This document shows, piece after piece, positions 55,850-64,000 of a stretch of 64,000 nucleotides of DNA; the first letter of the stretch is position 1; the number at the start of each line of letters is the position of its first letter. This stretch comes from Eledone cirrhosa. Lineage: Eukaryota. Location: contig OZ024761.1 of the NCBI GenBank assembly GCA_964016885.1, positions 23,064,001 through 23,128,000 on the forward strand, written 5' to 3'. The notes below the pieces were generated by a model. It worked only from the letters and a program-made list of their open reading frames with translations, made no database searches and had not been told where the DNA came from. The position numbers and the translations under genes were made by a program.

Positions 55850-56960
55850 TCTTCTTCTTCGCCCATATATTCCTAAGAGAGTCGTGGGGGAAGAATTCTC
55901 GAACACGCCTTCTAGCGGAACCTGTCATAAGCAACATCCTGCTCGATCCTCAAGCTAGACCAACCAAGCTCATGGATGTTATCCAACTATCTTTCCTTGG
56001 TGTCTTCTCGTGGGGTTCATACCAGTTGATTTTGCCCATAAATCTGTCCAGTGATTCTTTCCTGAGACATTCTAACCACATGCCCATAGTATCGGAGCTG
56101 TGATCTCTCAATTTGGAGAAGTAGCAGCTCTACCTGGAGTGACTCTCTGATCTCTAAACTATAAATCTGTCCAGTGATTCTTTCCTGAGACATTCTAACT
56201 ACATGTCCATTGTATCGGAGCTGTGATCTCTCAATTTGGAGAAGTAGCAGCTCTACCTGGAGTGACTCTCTGATCTCTAAACTATAAATCTTTCCAGTGA
56301 TTCTTTCCTGAGACATTCTAACCACATGTCCATTGTATCAGAGCTGTGATCTCTCAATTTGGAGAAGTAGCAGCTCTACCTGGAGTGACTCTCTCATCTC
56401 TAAACTATAAATCTTTCCAGTGATTCTTTCCTGAGACATTCTAACTACATGTCCATTGTATCGGAGCTGTGATCTCTCAATTTGGAGAAGTAGCAGCTCT
56501 ACCTGGAGTGACTCTCTGATCTCTAAACTATAAATCTTTCCAGTGATTCTTTCCTGAGACATTCTAACCACATGTCCATTGTATCAGAGCTGTGATCTCT
56601 CAATTTGGAGAAGTAGCAGCTCTACCTGGAGTGACTCTCTCATCTCTAAACTATAAATCTTTCCAGTGATTCTTTCCTGAGACATTCTAACTACATGTCC
56701 ATTGTATCGGAGCTGTGATCTCTCAATTTGGAGAAGTAGCAGCTCTACCTGGAGTGACACTCTGATCTCCGAGCTACATACTTTATTGGGTAACATTATC
56801 CAAAGACAAGTTTTGCTGTCTTTTAACATAATTTACTCAAATGTCTTAACCGTTATTTTTTCTGATCCATTCTTATTAGATATTTTCTGCTATTGGGACT
56901 CTCACACAGTTAAATTGTTGATATGTATAGCAGAGTTCAAATGCTACTAATGTAATGTTA
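55850..56960 (-). mobile_element. RTE-like LINE 3' fragment containing a 123-bp tandem repeat (~6 copies, 56037-56770)
   Basis: Repeated IERSQLRY(Y/N)GHVVRMSQERIT, followed by a segment encoding PTRRHQG-like/GRP-type C-terminal remnant. Confidence 0.75.
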
Positions 56961-57336
56961 TATTATTATATTATTATATTTTATATTATAATATTATTAT
57001 ATTATTATATTTTATGTTATTATTTCATTATGCAATATATGAATTGAAATGATCATTTTTAAGACAAAATGATGCGGGGGAAAAATATATCCTTTTGATT
57101 ACTTGTATAAAACATATACACAGTAATATATATACATAAACACACAAATGTATATACATATACAAAATCATGTATATACATAAACAGAATAATATATATA
57201 TATATTTGTGTATATATATATATATATATATAATTTGTTGATCGACTTTCATCAAATCGGACCGAGGAAACAATGTCTCCGTGGGTCTTTCCAATTGCTA
57301 ATACTATCTATCGGTCACAACTCCAGGTAGAAGGAC

Positions 57337-57397
<61 letters not shown>

Positions 57398-57470
57398 TAA
57401 ATATATACATATATATATATATACACGATATATTAACAAATGGAAACTATATTTATAAAACCATATTTAT

Positions 57471-57532
57471 TTCATTATACATATTTCAAGGACACCAAGT
57501 TAAATTATGGTGTGCTTTCATCAGATAAAATA
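57471..57532 (-). ncRNA. Hammerhead, family A
   Basis: tattttat-CTGATGA-aagc-acacca/tggtgt-cctt-GAA-ATATGTAT-A-atgaaata. Confidence 0.75.
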
Positions 57533-58033
57533 TAATATAGATCAGTTTTATAAATAAATATTGACATACCCTTAAAGAATGCGACCATTTCTGTTGGAAG
57601 CACCCGGATATATATATATATATAGGAAAAGAGTCAAAACCCTGACGGCTGAGCTCCAGCCGTTTCGACAGCTAGATCAGAACAGTTTGGATCTAACTGT
57701 CGAAACGGCCGGAGCTCAGCCGTCGGGGTCCTGACTCTTTTCCTATTACCCATTCTACTACCCTAAGTATCGAGTACTCTGGTGCGTTATGGTCCATCTG
57801 GTTCCTTACCACACTCTCTTTGTTGTTATATATATATATATATATATATATATGACAAACGTGTTTATCTCTTCTCCCTTTATTTATTGCAATGGCTTAC
57901 ATCTTTCTCCTTTTCTTTTTTCTTTCTTTTTTCTTTCTTTTTTCTTTCTTTTTTCTTTCCTTTTTTCTTTGTTTTATTCATGTCTCACACCACATGAAGC
58001 ACCAGACATTTTCCCTGACGTCCCAAAATTCTA

Positions 58034-58081
<48 letters not shown>

Positions 58082-58146
58082 TATTCCTTATCGAGCCCTC
58101 TTTGGAATTTAGTCTTCATAAATATTATTATTATACTATATATATA

Positions 58147-58213
<67 letters not shown>

Positions 58214-58318
58214 AACGAAGGAGGTGTGGTAACGAACCAGGTGGACCATAACGTACCATGAGTCCCGAAATAGCCGTCGAAACGGCTTGAGCTCTGCCGT
58301 CGGGGTCAAACATTTTCC

Positions 58319-58356
<38 letters not shown>

Positions 58357-58479
58357 TTGACATCTGTTGATGCGCCAAGGACAGAAACTGGTCTCCTGGA
58401 GACGCAGGACATGGCAGCGAGGAAGAGGGACAGAGACCGCTGGAGAGAACTCGTCCATGGATCTTGGGAATTTTACCCG

Positions 58480-58518
<39 letters not shown>

Positions 58519-59066
58519 ATACATTAACAGAGAAAGCTTTAAGCAATACTCCGACCGGCTTCCGTCTCACTCAACAAACATTAGGATATACCTTAGTATA
58601 ATCCCAATTATACGTTTGGGGTGCTAACTATACGTATTTACCGGATAGCCAGTTGTATTATTTTATATGAGACATAATTAAAATACATCTCTCTTTCCAA
58701 ACGATCGTTTCATTATAAGTTTTCTACAAACTGGGAAAATAATGTCCAGGTTATGTAGAAGCCTACAGATAGTCCGTAGGAATATATGTAGGTGGGCACT
58801 TATAAATCATCAGTGGATGCCCGGCAAAAATCGATATAAAAAAAAAACCTTACCGATATTAATGTTCAGCGATGGTACCCCTCCGTGCTAGAATGACCGC
58901 CAAATTTGAAATTCCAGCAGTCTCACAATGAGAAATCTCACACTGCCATCAAGCATATATGCACACATCTAACAAACACAGACAGTCAAACAGACTGTTT
59001 TCCTCTCCCTCCTCCCCCCCTTTTCCTCATCATTATCATCTTCATCTTCTTTCTTCCACGTAACAG

Positions 59067-59271
59067 CAGCACTGGTGGCGATGGACTTGGTGGAAGGAGT
59101 AACTTAGAAAATGGCCCGTCTTTGAAAAACAACACAAACTATCCGTCGTCTGCTGGTAGTCATTCAACCGCCAAAAGCAATATTGAATTAGAACAGGAAA
59201 AATTTACCGAATGCCAGAATCTAACTGGTCAAGTGTTATTGGAAGTTCAGAAAATACTCGAAGACAAGTTG
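59067..59271 (+). CDS. Internal coding exon 2 of the host gene
   Basis: Pyrimidine tract plus cag|CAG acceptor; STGGDGLGG...ELEQEKFTECQNLTGQVLLEVQKILEDKL; donor gtgagt at 59272 (phase 0). Confidence 0.65.
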
Positions 59272-59385
59272 GTGAGTTCTCATTGATTACATGTCATTGA
59301 TTTTTTTTCCGAGGGTGGCTAACACGTTGCTTATGCGATACATATAGATATATATATATGTGTGTGTGTGCGTGTGTGTGCGCGC

Positions 59386-59533
<148 letters not shown>

Positions 59534-59768
59534 GTATATATGTATATATATACATGTATATATATACATGTATATATATATATGCGTATATATATATGCG
59601 TATATATATATGCGTATATATATGTATATATATATGCGTATATATATGTGTATATATATGCGTATATATATATGCATATATATATATGCGTATATATATA
59701 TATACATATATGTATATATATATGCATATATATGCGTATATATATGTAATATATGCATATATATATGC

Positions 59769-59803
<35 letters not shown>

Positions 59804-59921
59804 TGCATATATATACATATGTGTATGTATATATATATATATATATATGTACATATATATGCATATATATATATGCATATATATATATATATGCATATAT
59901 ATATGCATTTATATATATGTG

Positions 59922-59967
<46 letters not shown>

Positions 59968-60346
59968 CATTTGCAAATTTTATGCATATATATATATGCA
60001 TATACATGTATGTGTGGTGTATGTTTTGTAGGTAAAATTATGTTTTTCTTCTAAAATATATTGGGTCGTCAAGTTTGAAATTTGTAGAAATTTGTAGAAA
60101 AAAAACAAACTTCTACAAATACAAATTTAATATGTTACCTCCGTAACTACGTGTGTAAACACTCTTCACAATTTATGCCCTGTAATTGTTTGTTATGTTT
60201 ATTTCATATATATATTTCATCCTACTTTTAATTTAATATAAATGCACGGATTACTACTTGGAATCTTTGAGCATATTCCACAAGTGGTCTGGCGCATCTG
60301 TCTGATGTTCTCAGACATGACATCCTTAATATAATTTTGGTAGCAC

Positions 60347-60419
<73 letters not shown>

Positions 60420-60654
60420 CAGAGATGATAGGTAAACATTTTATATAGTTTGGTTGCTCTCAATTACAAACTAAATAAGAAATAGTTTGAATGCATATGC
60501 GAGCCAACCATTCTCAGCATGCCAACAAAATGTATATTTGTAATGATGCAGTTCCACGAGAGTATCATGGACAGCATATGAACTTTTCAGCCGACCCTTG
60601 TAAGTACTTGTAAGTAAGAACTCTATATTATTTTATTTTCTATCTCTTCTTCAG

Positions 60655-60762
60655 GCTGAATTACAACATATCTATAACGAAAATGTTGAGTATTACATTG
60701 GACTTTCGAAAAGACAAGAAAACCGGATTGAGGAGCTTGAAAGAGAAATACATAAATATAAG
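60655..60762 (+). CDS. Internal coding exon 3, coiled coil (possibly the cGMP-dependent protein kinase N-terminal zipper)
   Basis: ttcttcag| AELQHIYNENVEYYIGLSKRQENRIEELEREIHKYK |gtatgt; 108 nt; phase 0/0. Confidence 0.7.
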
Positions 60763-60905
60763 GTATGTCCGCTCTAACCTCCCCTTGAAACATTCGTATG
60801 TTTTCAAGTCAAGCACTACTTACTTAGAAGTCGAACTTGAATCATTTTTTTATGTATTCTTTTATTGGTTTCTTGTTTCAGTCATTAGAGTATGTACATC
60901 TCTCT

Positions 60906-61017
<112 letters not shown>

Positions 61018-61120
61018 ACCTACCTATCGCTATCTCTCTCTATATATTTTTCTATATCTTTCTTTCTCTCTCTAATATATATATATATATATATTAGAAT
61101 GAAGTGAGTGGAGTTTGAAA

Positions 61121-61527
61121 ATCAGAAGAAAGAATGAGAAATAAAATAGATCGAGGGGACGGGCGGGGTGGAATTGGAAAAATGTCTTTAGATAAACATA
61201 ACAGGTCCATCCATGTTGACATCTCTTACCGTTTAAAAAGAAGCGTTTAAAAAGAAAGAGCAATCAACCCCAGTCGGCCATCTTTATTCTTATTTTTCTT
61301 ATGACAGGCTGAATGAGTTGGGGTCCAGAACCCAGCAAAACTTAAGTACCTGTTTATGTCACTGTTGTAACCACATATATATATTTATTCATAAGAGATG
61401 TCAACATGAATGGACCTGTTATTTTTATCTAAAGACATTTTTTCCAATTCCATCCCGCCCGTCCCCTCAATCTATCTTATTTCTCATTCTTTCTTCTGAT
61501 AAAGCACTAACGTCCGAAACGTTAAGA
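61121..61527. mobile_element. Fold-back element (~105-bp arms) running into a hammerhead-like motif (61492-61527, G8>A)
   Basis: 61121-61229 mirrors 61392-61500; tctt-CTGATAA-agcactaacgtcc-GAA-ACGT-T-aaga. Confidence 0.6.
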
Positions 61528-61819
61528 CCCTCTTCCTGCTATATCAAGCGTTAACCTAATATATCCTTTCCATATACTGTAACGATTGTGTTGTTATTTC
61601 TGTTTACCTTATATAATAGTAGAACACTGGAAGGTAAAATCCGTAGTAGTAGAGCACTCAGTCCATGGGACGAGTTAGGTAGAAGTGGTTACACAACAGT
61701 TAGTTGACCATACCGAGAACAAATGTTTCACCTTCTGTGAATCCTCTGCTCGGTCAGGATTCGCATAAGGTGAAATATTTGTGCTCGGTATGGTGAACTA
61801 ACTGTTGTGGAACTAGTTC

Positions 61820-61878
<59 letters not shown>

Positions 61879-61984
61879 TACTTGGGGAGGGTCATATTGT
61901 TATAATATTGCCAGAAAAAATAACAGAACACACTCACTGTTTGGTTTGGGTTGGTTTTCACTTCTGTATCTTTTATATCTCCAT

Positions 61985-62049
<65 letters not shown>

Positions 62050-62058
<9 letters not shown>

Positions 62059-62216
62059 AATAACCAAAGAGTGCTTAGAAATACATTGTTTTATTAGCTA
62101 ACAGTGTTTCATCCATACACCATGGCAGGAATCATCAGAGCCTATAAACATGAGTATATCAGTAGTTGCATGCTCAATGTATTTCTAAGCACTCTTTGGT
62201 TATTCCTATAAATATA
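62050..62216 (-). mobile_element. TA-embedded fold-back element enclosing a hammerhead (62096-62142)
   Basis: ~40-bp inverted repeat tatttataggaataaccaaagagtgcttagaaatacattg; ggct-CTGATGA-ttcc..ggat-GAA-ACACTGT-T-agct. Confidence 0.7.
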
Positions 62217-62370
62217 ACGACTCTGTAGTAACTAGTTATCCTACATTGAGCTAAAACGACACTGTCATACCAAGGGCAATATATCTGCATATTGATATAT
62301 TTGTCAACGAAATATATATATATATATATACGATATTAATAAATGGAAACTATATTTATAAAACCATATT

Positions 62371-62435
62371 TATTTCATTATATATATTTCAAGGATACCA
62401 AGTTACATTATGGTATGCCTTCATCAGACAAAATA
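62371..62435 (-). ncRNA. Hammerhead, family A
   Basis: tattttgt-CTGATGA-aggc-atacca/tggtat-cctt-GAA-ATATATAT-A-atgaaata. Confidence 0.75.
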
Positions 62436-62509
62436 CAATATATAACAGTTTTATAAATAGACATTGACGTACCCCTTTAAAAATTGACCGTTGCTTTTGG
62501 AGGCCATCA

Positions 62510-62563
<54 letters not shown>

Positions 62564-63861
62564 TTATATTCAATATTGCTATCTGCTGCCCCATTTCATT
62601 TCTGAATTCTCTTACACTGTTTACCTCTATCTCTCTCTTCACCCTCTATCTACCTTTCTTCCATGTTGTTTTTTCTTACTTTCTCTTTCCACAAATCTGT
62701 TATGTCACCGCTAAAAGATCAAAGACACACCCGATAAGCATTAAGGTTAGTTTGCGCATGTCTTCTTGCTAAAAAAACACAAATTTTCGTCCAATAGTTA
62801 GTAAGCTTGGTTGCTTGACAGAATGTCGCAGATTTTATTTCATATTATTTCATTTGATTTCATTTGATTTGATTTCAGCTTCTTTCATTTTGTTTTTGTA
62901 GTTGTTGTTGTTGTTCTTAATTGCTTGTGTGTAGAGTGGAGATGGGAGTGTGTGAGTAGTTTTTTGTCTATTCTCCTCTTTCTTTTTTATTTATTTATTT
63001 ATTTATTTATTTTTTCACTAGTTGTAATCATTGAAACTGCAGCCATATTGGGCCATAGTCTTAAAGGGATTTAGTTTTTTTTAAAATTCTTTTTCTGGTT
63101 TCAATTGCATTAAATTTCATTAGATATGTGTGTACAGTCGGAGAATTTATGAGGTGAAGAGATAGGTGAAAGGATCTGACGTTTTCGGTTAAAGCCTTTA
63201 TCGAAGTAGAGAGTAAGAAAAAAAAAAAAAAAATTGAGAAACAAGAGAAAATGTTAAACGGATATTAACTTGGAAAGTAGACACCCCCCCCCCCACACAC
63301 ATATTCACACACATACACACACATTCACACACACACAAACAAATTCACACACACACACATTCATACACATACACACATACACATACACACACATTCATAC
63401 ACATATGCATACATTCATACACATAAACGCATACACATTCACACACACACATACACAAATTCACACACACATTCACACACACATACACACATAACCACAC
63501 ACAATCACACACACACACACACAGACATTCACACACACACACATACACATACATTCACACACACACATATACACATACACACAGACAGACACAAGCATTC
63601 ATTAATATATATATGAAGCAATCCTTCAGCAGAAACTATACCAGAATATCATTAGCTGCGCTTTCTTTCTCGTTTCCAAGTATATCTTTATTAAAATTGT
63701 CTCATTTGTGAAGCTGACATGACTCCATTTGCTGTCAATGGCGGATTTTTGTAAATAAAAGAGAAATTGTTATATACACACATATAACATCATCATCATC
63801 ATTTTACGTCCGCTTTTCTCTGCTTGCAAGTGTGGGACTGGTCTTATTACTCTTATTAAGC

Positions 63862-64000
63862 ACTCAGAGGAGACTGAGGTTAGCTGGACATGCTCACCGA
63901 CATCCAGAGTTGACATTGCACTCAGTACTCCTTTGGGAGCCCCTACATGGACACACTAGAAGAGGAAGACCAAGGTTAACGTATGTTGATGCCCTAAGGA
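63862..64000 (+). mobile_element. RTE/RTE-X-like LINE C-terminal fragment (runs off the window)
   Basis: QRRLRLAGHAHRHPELTLHSVLLWEPLHGHTRRGRPRLTYVDAL; preceded by an opposite-strand RTE 3' tail at ~63790-63848. Confidence 0.7.

Overview
Repeat-saturated animal genomic DNA with extensive (TA)n, (CA)n, (CT)n and (CAT)n microsatellites, Nin/Deu-domain and other tRNA-derived SINEs, and RTE remnants. The landscape resembles cephalopod/octopus DNA, but that is an inference. The window holds: (1) an apparently intact two-ORF Tx1/L1-clade LINE in a (GTCT)n microsatellite, beside a decayed R4/Dong-like RLE retroelement fragment in the same tract; (2) three phase-compatible exons of a host gene with a ~865-aa low-complexity N-terminus and a coiled coil resembling the cGMP-dependent protein kinase leucine zipper; (3) several minisatellites, three of them visibly expanded from TE sequence; (4) TTAA-flanked piggyBac-type MITEs. 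The strongest unexplained signal is about 17 minimal type I hammerhead-ribozyme motifs (CUGAnGA..GAAA with a palindromic stem III) from several unrelated sequence families. Most lie in short non-coding islands between (TA)n tracts, many with fold-back inverted duplications, and one family shows compensatory stem II changes. This suggests a dense population of Penelope-like or retrozyme-like ribozyme elements associated with TA repeats. Most ORFs in the supplied track are microsatellite artefacts. All structures were read by eye; nothing was computed or searched.
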